Made by a program: the position numbers and the translations under genes | Part shown: positions 1-9,249 of the stretch, one piece after another | Position numbering within the stretch: the stretch's first letter is position 1 | How the letters are laid out: every line of letters starts with the position of its first letter | Notes under the pieces: model-generated | The model's input: only the letters and a program-made list of their open reading frames with translations | Databases searched by the model: none | What the model was told of the DNA's origin: nothing | Assembly (NCBI RefSeq): GCF_050920415.1 | Contig: NZ_CP169309.1 | Direction: 5' to 3' (one strand) | Source of the DNA: Escherichia coli | GTDB lineage: Bacteria; Pseudomonadota; Gammaproteobacteria; Enterobacterales; Enterobacteriaceae | DNA: 64,000 bases

Positions 1-342
1 ACTTAGGACTAACGACGTTTCAACACAGGTTCGGGTTTACTCATCTCACTGTATCTCACATAGGATCAGATCTCGTCTGATCGTTCCCCCTGCGCTCACT
101 ACCATGGCTCTTTACCACAGCAGCCGGGGTTGTTTGGGACCGACTTCCGACAGCAGATCCCGGTGGGCCTGCCACCATCTCTTCACAAGCTTATGCTTAT
201 TACATGCAAAACGTCCCGTTTTGCATCTTTGTGCCTACGGCACACGATGATCTTTCCCTGTACCACCTCCTCAGGAAGTGGTTTAAGGTTAATAACAAAA
301 ATACCAATCATTTTAATAAAATATGACGAGTATTTATTTTCA

Positions 343-615
343 TTATATTTTAAAGCATCCTAGCCCCTGCGATGCTCGCCATCGTTTTAACTCATCAACA
401 ATCCCTTGGGGACTATCTTCTCTATCTTCAGATGGATAGAATATCAAATCACTACCATCTGGGTGCTGAGTGATTCTAATAAAATGACTTACAAGATCAT
501 CAATAAACTTCGACAATTTATCGCCATGCAATTCCTCAGGTGGTTCAAAAAAATTATTTAGAAGTTCGATAAATTCATCTTCCGTATAATCTTCTAGATT
601 ATTTTTAAACTCCAT
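343..615 (-). CDS. Colicin-DNase-type immunity protein (Im7/Im9-like), 90 aa; candidate cognate immunity for the VgrG-fused DNase
   Basis: Translation MEFKNNLEDYTEDEFIELL...HPDGSDLIFYP...DSPQGIVDELKRWRA shares, from memory, the DYTE-EF, HPSGSDLIYYP and DSPSGIV..WRA motifs of Im9/Im7. AGGAGG Shine-Dalgarno 6 nt before the ATG; start lies 14 nt after the vgrG stop; AT-rich codon usage. Confidence 0.85.
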   Translation of the reverse strand: MEFKNNLEDYTEDEFIELLNNFFEPPEELHGDKLSKFIDDLVSHFIRITQHPDGSDLIFYPSEDREDSPQGIVDELKRWRASQGLGCFKI

Positions 616-629
616 TACTACCTCCTTTT

Positions 630-3600
630 TTATTTATGCAATCGTATGTGGTTTTTAGGTGTGTTTACTCTAAGATTATCAATATCATAGACTTCTCCCC
701 CATATTGGATTTCGTCAATATGATGAATTTCAAATGTACCTCGCCCCCCAACTCTTTGTCTTGATATAGTATAAGGTGCGCGTCCACGCTTTATCAACGT
801 TTGGTTAGCTTTATTAAATTGGCTCAATAGTTCTGGACATTCACCTACAGCAGTCCAGAAAGCTGCCCTGAATTCATCAAAATTGTTAAATGACTTACTC
901 CGAAGTTTATTTGCGACCTGTTGTGGAATTGGCACTCCTAAGCTTTTCCCCGCCTGCGACAGCCATCTTCCTGTACCTGCTAACACCTCCCCCTTACCTG
1001 TTACTGTTCCCGCTTCATCCCTTGCAGTTTTCAGATACACATATATTGGTGTTAATTCCGCACCGTCAGGAAAGACAAGTATCCAGTCATTAAAATTTCG
1101 CTCCTCCGGCATTGGAGAAGGCGGCGTGGTGATATCTGTTTTTTCATCGGGTATCGGATTAACATAAATATCAGGTAGATCAACTGGTTCGACAGGAGTT
1201 CCGGTGTGTATGGGCTGCTCTGAACCTTCTGGCTTTGCAGGCGTCCAAAATATTTTTGGTCCCGAATCAGACACAGGTGAAAATTCATAACGGGAAAATT
1301 CCTTATTCCACTCCATCAATGCTACCCGAACACCTTCAAGTTCCGAACCTGCGGGTGTGTGGTATCCGTATGTTCTCAATTCACCAGCAGTATTCCGCTG
1401 AAAGAGAAAGCGCGCCCGCGTAGCTGCCGTCTCTCCAGATTGCGCTTTACGACGTAGCTCATTTTCGAGCCACTGTTCATCCCGTCCAGGAACTTTATCA
1501 CTACCTTCACCGGCAGGTATTGGATATAGTGCTGATACTAGAACACCAAGGGCTGGCACCGTTTTTGATACACTTAAAAAACCTTCTCCACCCCATGCCC
1601 CTAATGTTCCCCATACGCGAGTTAAAACTCCCGCAGACTGTTCCGCCGCTAGTGGAACCGCAACACCCGCTGACGCAACTGTCATTTCCCCCGTCAGTGA
1701 GTTCGCTCCTGAAGTTTTTTTTGCTGACTGCGCAAGTTGCTCCACTTCATCGTCATGATAGTGTGTACCATAGCCGCAACAGTCATCCTCCACTGGCTGG
1801 GCAAATAGAGCCATATCACCAAAATGTTTCGATGGCTCCATGGTCGTACCAGCATCAGTGCAGCCTTTCTCCTTCAGACAAGATTTTGCGTATACAGGAA
1901 TTACCAGTTCATCTGAATCGTCCTTGTCTTCTTCTCCACCTTCTGATTCATCCTCATCACTAGGCTCTCCGTCATTCCCGCCGCCAGCATTCCCTCTGTC
2001 ATACTGCTCGTCAGCCAGAGCGTCCATAACTGCCGGTTGTAGTGTATTTATCGGCGTCCCCGGACTGCCCCCGCCATTCAGATTTATTTTCGGTCCGACA
2101 ATATCCACACCACCAGAATGAACGACCACAAACGAGCCCCCCACCTTCAGGCTTATCCGGCTGCTGCTCTCCAGCACGATATCCCCGTCCACCTTGATCC
2201 CCAGCGCGCCACTCACCTTCTCCGCCAGGTCGCCCTTCACCTCCAGACTGTGCGTTCCCTCCACCAGACTGATATGGTTCCCCGTCGTCTTATGCTCCTG
2301 CTTCCCTTCCACCGTCACTTTACGGTCGTTTCTGACATACAGGCCGTCATCGTGACTCACGCTCACCGTCCGGTCATTCGTCACCTTCAGCGTCTGGTCA
2401 TTACGTACCGTTATGCGCCGGTCGTTCGCCACCGTGATACTCTGGTCGTGACCCCCTTCTTTTCTGGTGCCGACCTCAACCGTCTGCCCCTTCACCACCC
2501 TTATCTTCTGGTCGTTACCGATGGTCTCCGTATGGTCATGCTTCACGTCCGTCCGCCGGTCGTTAAGCACCTCCGTGTCCATGTTCTTCTGCGCGTGGAT
2601 ATACACCTGCTCACTGTCCGTCGCATCCTCGAAACGCAGTTCATTAAAGCCGCTTCCTTTATAGGTCTTCGAGCGGATGGTCATCTGCGTCCGCGTGCCC
2701 GGTAAATCCCCCGGTGAACGGTTGTCCTCATGGTATGTCCGCCCCGTCACAATGGGCTGGTCCGGGTCGCCGTTCAGAAAGTCCACTATCACTTCCTGAC
2801 CCACACGCGGTATCGCCAGATTGCCGAACCCCGGTCCCGCCCATGCCTGCGACACCCGTATCCAGCATGAACTCTCCTCCGTCATCCCGTGATAACGGTC
2901 CCAGTGAAACTTCACCCGTACCCGGCCATGTTCGTCGCAGAATATCTCCTCGCCCTTCGGCCCGGTCACAATGGCACTCTGCGGGCCGTCCACCTTCGGC
3001 TTCGGCAGCGGCGCGTGACGCCACGTCCTGTCTGCCGGTATCACCTCAAACTGATTGCTCAGTGTCGTCCCTTCACCGTGACTCCCGTGCAGCGCCTGCG
3101 GCTGTTCTCCCCGCAGTGTGCTTCCCACAACCTGCCATTCCCGGTTCAGCGTCCCTGACGGATGGCCCGTCAGCCGGAACCGCGTTCCCGGCCACAGTCG
3201 CGCCGTGTTACACACCCCGCTCGCCGTCTCCGCCCCGTTCCGCCACCCTTCCGTCTGGTAACGCGCAAAATCCTGGCCATGCTGCTCATCCTTGAAACGC
3301 CCCGGATAATCAAATATCTCGTACTGCGTTCCCTGCCCGTTCAGGCTCTCCCCGTCATGGCTGTAGTACCCCGGCCACCCCGGCGTTTTGAACGTATAAT
3401 CCTGCGTCTCCACCGACGCCACGCTTATCTGCGCACGGTAACGGAAGTCGCTGATGTACTCTGTCGTGCCTCCGGTCGTGGTATTCGGGTTAAACGCCAG
3501 CGCCCCCATTCCCGTCAGCCCCGCCACGTCATCACACACCGCCAGCTTCTGTTCCGGCCCGTCCTGACTGCAGCGTTCATAAAAGAAGATACCTTCCTCC

Positions 3601-4085
3601 GCCCACAGCCGGGTCAGGAATGTCAGGTCGCTCTCCCCGTACTGCACGCAGAACTCCCGCGCCGGGTGCGCCTCATAGAACAGCGGCATCCACGCCGTCA
3701 CCCCGTTCTCTCTCAGAAGCTGTGCTGATATCGTCCCTATGTCCTGCTGCTGGAAGATACGGAAGTTCTGCCGTAACCCTGCCCGCCACAGCGGCGGGCT
3801 GATGCTCAGGGAATAACGCATCTGCCAGTCGTTGTTCTCACCGAGCTGCACCTCCGTCACGATACCGCTGACGTAACGCTGCGGGATATCACCCTGCCAG
3901 ACCGTCAGCACCGCGCTCTTCTCCAGAAAATCCTCCGCCGTCAGGTCAGACAGCCCGCTGGCGATATCCACATCCAGGATGAACGGCGTGCAGTGGTGCT
4001 GGTACAGACGGAAGCTCACCACCGCCGTCGCCATCTCCACGATACCGGCCACCGACAGCGTGAAACGTAATCCTTCTGAGGACAT
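630..4085 (-). CDS. vgrG: Evolved VgrG (T6SS spike, gp27/gp5-like core) with about 430 aa C-terminal extension ending in a colicin E9-like HNH DNase domain
   Basis: Six-frame ORF 630..4118 (1162 aa). N-terminus MSSEGLRFTL... is VgrG-like, so the likely start is the ATG at 4085 with a GGGG motif upstream (ORF-track alternative 4118). The middle has gp5-type repeats (VANDRRITVRNDQTLKVTNDRTVSV...). The C-terminus ...FDEFRAAFW...RQRVGGRGTFEIHHIDEIQYGGEVYDIDNLRVNTPKNHIRLHK matches the colicin E9/E7 DNase H-N-H motif by eye. Confidence 0.88.
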   Translation of the reverse strand: MSSEGLRFTLSVAGIVEMATAVVSFRLYQHHCTPFILDVDIASGLSDLTAEDFLEKSAVLTVWQGDIPQRYVSGIVTEVQLGENNDWQMRYSLSISPPLWRAGLRQNFRIFQQQDIGTISAQLLRENGVTAWMPLFYEAHPAREFCVQYGESDLTFLTRLWAEEGIFFYERCSQDGPEQKLAVCDDVAGLTGMGALAFNPNTTTGGTTEYISDFRYRAQISVASVETQDYTFKTPGWPGYYSHDGESLNGQGTQYEIFDYPGRFKDEQHGQDFARYQTEGWRNGAETASGVCNTARLWPGTRFRLTGHPSGTLNREWQVVGSTLRGEQPQALHGSHGEGTTLSNQFEVIPADRTWRHAPLPKPKVDGPQSAIVTGPKGEEIFCDEHGRVRVKFHWDRYHGMTEESSCWIRVSQAWAGPGFGNLAIPRVGQEVIVDFLNGDPDQPIVTGRTYHEDNRSPGDLPGTRTQMTIRSKTYKGSGFNELRFEDATDSEQVYIHAQKNMDTEVLNDRRTDVKHDHTETIGNDQKIRVVKGQTVEVGTRKEGGHDQSITVANDRRITVRNDQTLKVTNDRTVSVSHDDGLYVRNDRKVTVEGKQEHKTTGNHISLVEGTHSLEVKGDLAEKVSGALGIKVDGDIVLESSSRISLKVGGSFVVVHSGGVDIVGPKINLNGGGSPGTPINTLQPAVMDALADEQYDRGNAGGGNDGEPSDEDESEGGEEDKDDSDELVIPVYAKSCLKEKGCTDAGTTMEPSKHFGDMALFAQPVEDDCCGYGTHYHDDEVEQLAQSAKKTSGANSLTGEMTVASAGVAVPLAAEQSAGVLTRVWGTLGAWGGEGFLSVSKTVPALGVLVSALYPIPAGEGSDKVPGRDEQWLENELRRKAQSGETAATRARFLFQRNTAGELRTYGYHTPAGSELEGVRVALMEWNKEFSRYEFSPVSDSGPKIFWTPAKPEGSEQPIHTGTPVEPVDLPDIYVNPIPDEKTDITTPPSPMPEERNFNDWILVFPDGAELTPIYVYLKTARDEAGTVTGKGEVLAGTGRWLSQAGKSLGVPIPQQVANKLRSKSFNNFDEFRAAFWTAVGECPELLSQFNKANQTLIKRGRAPYTISRQRVGGRGTFEIHHIDEIQYGGEVYDIDNLRVNTPKNHIRLHK
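633..1004 (-). other. HNH (beta-beta-alpha-metal) colicin-type DNase toxin domain, the last ~124 aa of VgrG
   Basis: HH...N...H arrangement (EIHH, NTPKNH, RLHK) and a preceding KSLGVPIPQQVANKLRSKSFNNFDEFRAAFW segment, collinear with the colicin E9 DNase domain as remembered. About 38% GC by eye, versus about 60% for the VgrG core. Confidence 0.75.
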
Positions 4086-4260
4086 ATAAACCCCATAGCT
4101 ACCGCACTCATGGTGCAAACCATACGGGCTTATAAGAAAGGCTTAAGTGAGATATCTGCCAGATAGCAACTATTAGGAAAATATTTATATATATTTCATG
4201 AATATATATTTCGGTTGGTATAACGGTGTCTAAATATTCCTCTGAACATCTTCCTGATAC

Positions 4261-4298
4261 AAAAAAACCGCCAGCGTTTCCGCTGGCGGTTTTCTTTG
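4261..4298 (-). terminator. Rho-independent terminator downstream of ybfA (bidirectional hairpin), insulating ybfA from the vgrG promoter
   Basis: A-run, then 9-bp perfect stem ccgccagcg/cgctggcgg with tttc loop, then T-run. Confidence 0.75.
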
Positions 4299-4315
4299 AA
4301 CGTAATATTTAGCAA

Positions 4316-4522
4316 TCAGTAAAAATCACCGGTTGCCTTTTCGGCCTGATCCATCCACACCGGTTTATCGCTGGTTTTCGACCAGACGCGGTGCAGGTAG
4401 CTGTAAAAGCGGGCGCGGTCTTTCCAGAAAAGCATGAAAGGCAGCGCCAAAACGCCCGCTGCAACCGCATAAGTACGGCGTAAAAAGATAAGCCATGCAG
4501 GATATTCTCTGTAGAGTTCCAT
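4316..4522 (-). CDS. ybfA: YbfA, DUF2517 small membrane protein (68 aa)
   Basis: Translation [29 protein letters not shown]... matches K-12 YbfA from memory; position adjacent to kdp. Confidence 0.8.
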
Positions 4523-4731
4523 ACTTTTCTCCCCCTTTTGTATCTACCCGGTGAATGGCACCGGAAAAATGAATTTGTTTATCTGATGAAAATAGTACCG
4601 CCTTTTGTGTAATTTTACTACTCATCCGACCACTTATTTTTGCTTATTGATGGTTTATTTACATTCACCCCGTAATTAAGTTACATAAAAGTTAAATTAA
4701 TACTAAACATTAGTTAAATCATGGCTTTTGC

Positions 4732-4800
4732 CATTTTTATACTTTTTTTACACCCCGTCCGCAGATTTTTGCGAAATCTTTGCAGCCAGAATTCTACCCT
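4732..4800 (+). promoter_or_regulatory. kdpFABC promoter region with KdpE-binding site (catttttatactttttttacacccc)
   Basis: T-rich direct-repeat element matching the remembered KdpE operator, about 75-100 nt upstream of kdpF. Confidence 0.55.
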
Positions 4801-4834
4801 TCCGGTATCACTTTTAGGCCACTGGAGGTGCACT

Positions 4835-4924
4835 GTGAGTGCAGGCGTGATAACCGGCGTATTGCTGGTGTTTTTATTACTGGGTTATCTGGTTTATGCC
4901 CTGATCAATGCGGAGGCGTTCTGA
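4835..4924 (+). CDS. kdpF: KdpF, 29-aa K+-ATPase subunit
   Basis: GTG start after GGAGG; [29 protein letters not shown]; stop TGA overlaps the kdpA ATG (tgATGg). Confidence 0.8.
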
Positions 4925-6597
4925 TGGCTGCGCAAGGGTTCTTACTGATTGCCACGTTTTTACTGGTGTTAATGGTGCTGGCGCGCCCTTTGGGCAGTGG
5001 GCTGGCGCGGCTGATTAATGATATTCCTCTTCCTGGTACGACGGGCGTTGAGCGCGTACTCTTTCGTGTACTCGGCGTCTCTGGCCTTGAGATGAACTGG
5101 AAGCAGTATCTCTCTGCCATTCTCGGCCTGAACATGCTGGGGCTGGCGGTGCTGTTTTTTATGTTGCTCGGTCAGCACTATCTACCGCTTAACCCGCAGC
5201 AGTTACCGGGGCTGTCGTGGGATCTGGCGCTGAATACTGCCGTCAGCTTTGTCACTAATACCAACTGGCAATCTTATAGCGGTGAAACCACATTAAGCTA
5301 TTTCAGCCAGATGGTGGGCTTAACGGTACAAAACTTTCTTTCTGCCGCCAGCGGGATTGCGGTGATTTTTGCCCTCATTCGTGCATTTACCCGCCAGAGC
5401 ATGAGCACACTCGGCAATGCCTGGGTCGATCTGCTACGCATCACGTTATGGGTGTTAGCCCCGGTGGCGTTGTTGATCGCGCTGTTTTTTATTCAACAAG
5501 GTGCGTTGCAAAACTTTCTTCCCTATCAGTCGGTTACGACTGTTGAAGGGGCGCAACAGCTGTTACCAATGGGTCCGGTGGCTTCTCAGGAAGCGATCAA
5601 GATGCTCGGCACTAATGGCGGCGGTTTCTTTAATGCCAACTCATCGCATCCGTTTGAAAACCCGACCGCACTGACCAACTTCGTGCAGATGCTGGCGATC
5701 TTCTTGATCCCAACAGCGCTGTGCTTTGCCTTTGGTGAAGTGGCAGGCGATCGCCGCCAGGGGCGCATGTTGCTGTGGGCGATGTCAGTGATTTTTGTCA
5801 TCTGCGTAGGCGTGGTGATGTGGGCAGAAGTTCAGGGTAATCCTCATCTGCTGGCGCTGGGTGCGGACAGCAGCATCAATATGGAAGGTAAAGAGAGCCG
5901 TTTCGGCGTGCTGGTCAGTAGCCTGTTTGCGGTCGTGACTACGGCGGCTTCCTGTGGCGCGGTGATTGCGATGCATGATTCGTTTACCGCTCTCGGTGGC
6001 ATGGTGCCGATGTGGCTGATGCAAATTGGTGAAGTGGTATTCGGCGGTGTCGGTTCTGGTCTTTACGGCATGATGCTGTTCGTTCTGCTGGCGGTGTTTA
6101 TTGCCGGGCTGATGATTGGTCGTACACCGGAATATCTGGGTAAAAAAATCGACGTACGTGAGATGAAACTGACTGCACTGGCGATTCTGGTCACCCCGAC
6201 GCTGGTGCTGATGGGCGCGGCGCTGGCAATGATGACCGACGCCGGACGTAGCGCCATGCTCAACCCTGGCCCGCATGGTTTTAGCGAAGTGCTGTACGCC
6301 GTGTCATCCGCCGCTAACAACAACGGCAGCGCCTTTGCCGGCTTAAGCGCCAACTCTCCGTTCTGGAACTGTTTACTGGCGTTCTGCATGTTTGTCGGTC
6401 GCTTCGGGGTGATTATCCCGGTGATGGCGATTGCCGGTTCGCTGGTGAGTAAAAAGAGCCAGCCCGCCAGCTCCGGCACGCTACCAACGCACGGCCCGCT
6501 GTTTGTTGGTCTGTTGATCGGCACCGTGTTGCTGGTTGGCGCACTGACCTTTATCCCTGCCCTGGCGCTTGGTCCGGTGGCGGAATATCTCTCCTGA
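4924..6597 (+). CDS. kdpA: KdpA, K+-translocating ATPase channel subunit
   Basis: [16 protein letters not shown]...; the ORF-track 5' extension (4780) is rejected in favour of the ATG overlapping the kdpF stop. Confidence 0.95.
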   Translation: MAAQGFLLIATFLLVLMVLARPLGSGLARLINDIPLPGTTGVERVLFRVLGVSGLEMNWKQYLSAILGLNMLGLAVLFFMLLGQHYLPLNPQQLPGLSWDLALNTAVSFVTNTNWQSYSGETTLSYFSQMVGLTVQNFLSAASGIAVIFALIRAFTRQSMSTLGNAWVDLLRITLWVLAPVALLIALFFIQQGALQNFLPYQSVTTVEGAQQLLPMGPVASQEAIKMLGTNGGGFFNANSSHPFENPTALTNFVQMLAIFLIPTALCFAFGEVAGDRRQGRMLLWAMSVIFVICVGVVMWAEVQGNPHLLALGADSSINMEGKESRFGVLVSSLFAVVTTAASCGAVIAMHDSFTALGGMVPMWLMQIGEVVFGGVGSGLYGMMLFVLLAVFIAGLMIGRTPEYLGKKIDVREMKLTALAILVTPTLVLMGAALAMMTDAGRSAMLNPGPHGFSEVLYAVSSAANNNGSAFAGLSANSPFWNCLLAFCMFVGRFGVIIPVMAIAGSLVSKKSQPASSGTLPTHGPLFVGLLIGTVLLVGALTFIPALALGPVAEYLS

Positions 6598-6619
6598 TGA
6601 TATTGAGTGAGCACTGAAT

Positions 6620-8668
6620 ATGAGTCGTAAACAACTGGCGCTATTCGAACCAACACTTGTCGTTCAGGCGCTGAAAGAAGCGGTGAAAAAATTAAACCCG
6701 CAGGCGCAATGGCGTAATCCAGTGATGTTTATCGTCTGGATCGGCAGTCTGCTGACCACCTGTATTAGCATCGCGATGGCAAGCGGCGCGATGCCTGGCA
6801 ATGCGCTGTTTAGCGCGGCAATTAGCGGCTGGCTGTGGGTCACCGTACTGTTCGCTAATTTCGCCGAGGCGCTGGCAGAAGGCCGCAGTAAAGCGCAGGC
6901 CAACAGTCTGAAAGGGGTGAAAAAAACTGCCTTTGCCCGCAAGCTGCGTGAGCCGAAATATGGCGCTGTGGCAGACAAAGTTCCTGCCGATCAACTGCGT
7001 AAAGGCGATATCGTACTAGTAGAAGCTGGCGATATTATCCCCTGCGATGGTGAAGTCATTGAAGGGGGTGCATCGGTCGATGAAAGCGCCATCACTGGGG
7101 AATCGGCACCGGTGATCCGTGAATCCGGTGGCGATTTTGCCTCCGTCACTGGCGGCACGCGTATTCTTTCTGACTGGCTGGTGATTGAGTGCAGCGTTAA
7201 CCCCGGTGAGACATTTCTGGATCGGATGATCGCGATGGTGGAAGGCGCGCAGCGACGTAAAACGCCGAACGAGATTGCCCTGACCATTCTGCTGATTGCC
7301 CTGACTATCGTCTTTTTACTGGCAACCGCCACGCTGTGGCCGTTTTCCGCGTGGGGCGGTAATGCAGTCAGCGTAACGGTACTGGTGGCGCTGTTGGTCT
7401 GTCTGATCCCAACCACTATTGGCGGCCTGTTGTCAGCGATCGGCGTCGCCGGAATGAGTCGGATGCTGGGCGCGAATGTGATTGCCACCAGCGGACGTGC
7501 AGTTGAAGCGGCGGGCGACGTGGACGTCCTGCTGCTGGATAAAACCGGTACCATCACCCTCGGTAACCGTCAGGCATCAGAGTTTATCCCCGCGCAGGGC
7601 GTAGAGGAAAAAACGCTGGCCGACGCAGCACAACTGGCTTCGCTGGCCGACGAAACGCCGGAAGGCCGCAGTATTGTGATCCTCGCCAAGCAGCGTTTTA
7701 ACCTGCGCGAGCGCGATGTGCAGTCGCTTCACGCCACTTTTGTACCGTTTACTGCGCAAAGTCGAATGAGCGGGATCAATATCGACAACCGTATGATCCG
7801 TAAAGGTTCTGTCGATGCCATTCGCCGCCATGTTGAGGCTAACGGTGGTCACTTCCCTGCCGATGTTGATCAAAAAGTCGATCAGGTTGCGCGTCAGGGG
7901 GCCACGCCGTTGGTGGTGGTGGAAGGTTCCCGTGTGCTGGGCGTTATTGCGCTGAAAGATATCGTCAAAGGCGGTATTAAAGAGCGCTTCGCCCAGCTGC
8001 GCCAAATGGGCATAAAAACGGTGATGATTACTGGCGATAACCGTCTGACTGCCGCCGCCATTGCTGCGGAAGCGGGCGTCGATGATTTTCTCGCTGAAGC
8101 GACACCGGAGGCCAAGCTGGCATTGATCCGTCAGTATCAGGCGGAAGGCCGTTTGGTGGCGATGACCGGCGACGGCACCAACGATGCTCCGGCGCTGGCG
8201 CAGGCAGATGTCGCGGTGGCGATGAACTCAGGTACTCAGGCGGCGAAAGAAGCGGGCAATATGGTGGATCTCGACTCTAACCCGACCAAGTTGATCGAGG
8301 TGGTGCATATTGGCAAACAGATGCTGATGACCCGTGGCTCGCTGACCACCTTCAGCATTGCCAACGATGTGGCGAAATACTTCGCCATTATTCCGGCGGC
8401 GTTCGCGGCAACGTATCCGCAGTTAAATGCGCTGAACATCATGCGCCTGCATTCGCCCGACTCCGCCATTCTCAGTGCGGTCATTTTCAACGCCTTGATT
8501 ATCGTCTTTTTGATTCCCCTGGCGTTAAAAGGCGTGAGTTATAAACCGCTTACCGCTTCTGCCATGTTGCGCCGTAACTTATGGATTTACGGTCTGGGTG
8601 GGCTGCTGGTGCCGTTTATTGGTATCAAAGTCATTGATTTACTGCTGACCGTTTGCGGTCTGGTGTGA
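6620..8668 (+). CDS. kdpB: KdpB, P-type ATPase catalytic subunit
   Basis: 682 aa; DKTGTIT phosphorylation motif and [11 protein letters not shown] motif present. Confidence 0.95.
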   Translation: MSRKQLALFEPTLVVQALKEAVKKLNPQAQWRNPVMFIVWIGSLLTTCISIAMASGAMPGNALFSAAISGWLWVTVLFANFAEALAEGRSKAQANSLKGVKKTAFARKLREPKYGAVADKVPADQLRKGDIVLVEAGDIIPCDGEVIEGGASVDESAITGESAPVIRESGGDFASVTGGTRILSDWLVIECSVNPGETFLDRMIAMVEGAQRRKTPNEIALTILLIALTIVFLLATATLWPFSAWGGNAVSVTVLVALLVCLIPTTIGGLLSAIGVAGMSRMLGANVIATSGRAVEAAGDVDVLLLDKTGTITLGNRQASEFIPAQGVEEKTLADAAQLASLADETPEGRSIVILAKQRFNLRERDVQSLHATFVPFTAQSRMSGINIDNRMIRKGSVDAIRRHVEANGGHFPADVDQKVDQVARQGATPLVVVEGSRVLGVIALKDIVKGGIKERFAQLRQMGIKTVMITGDNRLTAAAIAAEAGVDDFLAEATPEAKLALIRQYQAEGRLVAMTGDGTNDAPALAQADVAVAMNSGTQAAKEAGNMVDLDSNPTKLIEVVHIGKQMLMTRGSLTTFSIANDVAKYFAIIPAAFAATYPQLNALNIMRLHSPDSAILSAVIFNALIIVFLIPLALKGVSYKPLTASAMLRRNLWIYGLGGLLVPFIGIKVIDLLLTVCGLV

Positions 8669-8676
8669 GGTTTACC

Positions 8677-9249
8677 ATGCGTGGATTACGTCCGGCATTA
8701 TCAACATTTCTCTTTTTGTTACTGATTACTGGCGGTGTTTACCCGCTGCTGACCACCGCGCTGGGGCAATGGTGGTTTCCCTGGCAGGCCAATGGTTCGT
8801 TGATTCGCGAAGGTGATACGGTGCGCGGCTCGGCATTAATCGGGCAGAATTTTACCGGCAACGGCTATTTTCATGGTCGCCCGTCGGCAACGGCAGAAAT
8901 GCCCTATAATCCACAGGCTTCTGGCGGGAGCAATCTGGCGGTTAGTAACCCGGAGCTGGATAAACAAATCGCTGCACGCGTTGCCGCATTACGGGCCGCT
9001 AACCCGGACGCCAGCACGAGCGTTCCGGTTGAACTGGTGACGGCGTCAGCAAGCGGGCTGGACAATAACATTACCCCGCAAGCGGCGGTCTGGCAGATCC
9101 CACGCGTGGCGAAAGCGCGTAATCTCAGCGTTGAACAGCTCACGCAACTGGTCGCAAAATACAGCCAACAACCGCTGGTGAAATATATCGGCCAGCCGGT
9201 CGTCAATATTGTCGAACTCAATCTGGCGCTGGATAAGCTTGATGAATAA
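8677..9249 (+). CDS. kdpC: KdpC
   Basis: [25 protein letters not shown]...; ATG 8677 preceded by GAGG; the ORF-track TTG at 8653 is an unlikely start. Confidence 0.9.
   Translation: MRGLRPALSTFLFLLLITGGVYPLLTTALGQWWFPWQANGSLIREGDTVRGSALIGQNFTGNGYFHGRPSATAEMPYNPQASGGSNLAVSNPELDKQIAARVAALRAANPDASTSVPVELVTASASGLDNNITPQAAVWQIPRVAKARNLSVEQLTQLVAKYSQQPLVKYIGQPVVNIVELNLALDKLDE

Noticed and set aside
130-363. Plus-strand 77-aa ORF overlapping the 3' end of the immunity gene
   Set aside because: No ribosome-binding site, non-protein-like composition, overlaps a well-supported gene on the opposite strand.
883-3802. Multiple plus-strand ORFs (883..1167, 1520..1963, 2118..2705, 2714..3295, 3162..3728 and others) inside the vgrG region
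   Set aside because: Antisense shadow ORFs of the long minus-strand gene; translations are Pro/Ser/Arg-rich low-complexity with no recognisable domains.
630-4118. Initial expectation from K-12 synteny that the large gene next to ybfA is rhsC
   Set aside because: The translation has a VgrG N-terminus and gp5-type repeats, with no Rhs YD-repeat core or PxxxxDPxGL motif; called as an evolved VgrG instead.
4780-4923. 5' extension of the kdpA ORF (ORF-track start 4780) and ORF 4721..4924
   Set aside because: The real arrangement is kdpF (GTG 4835) followed by kdpA starting at the ATG overlapping the kdpF stop; the extensions are read-through artefacts.
8653-8676. TTG start for kdpC at 8653 and the extended starts given by the ORF track for kdpD, pgm, seqA, fldA, ybfE, gltI, rihA and leuS
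   Set aside because: Internal ATG or GTG codons with proper Shine-Dalgarno spacing and matching the known N-termini were preferred.
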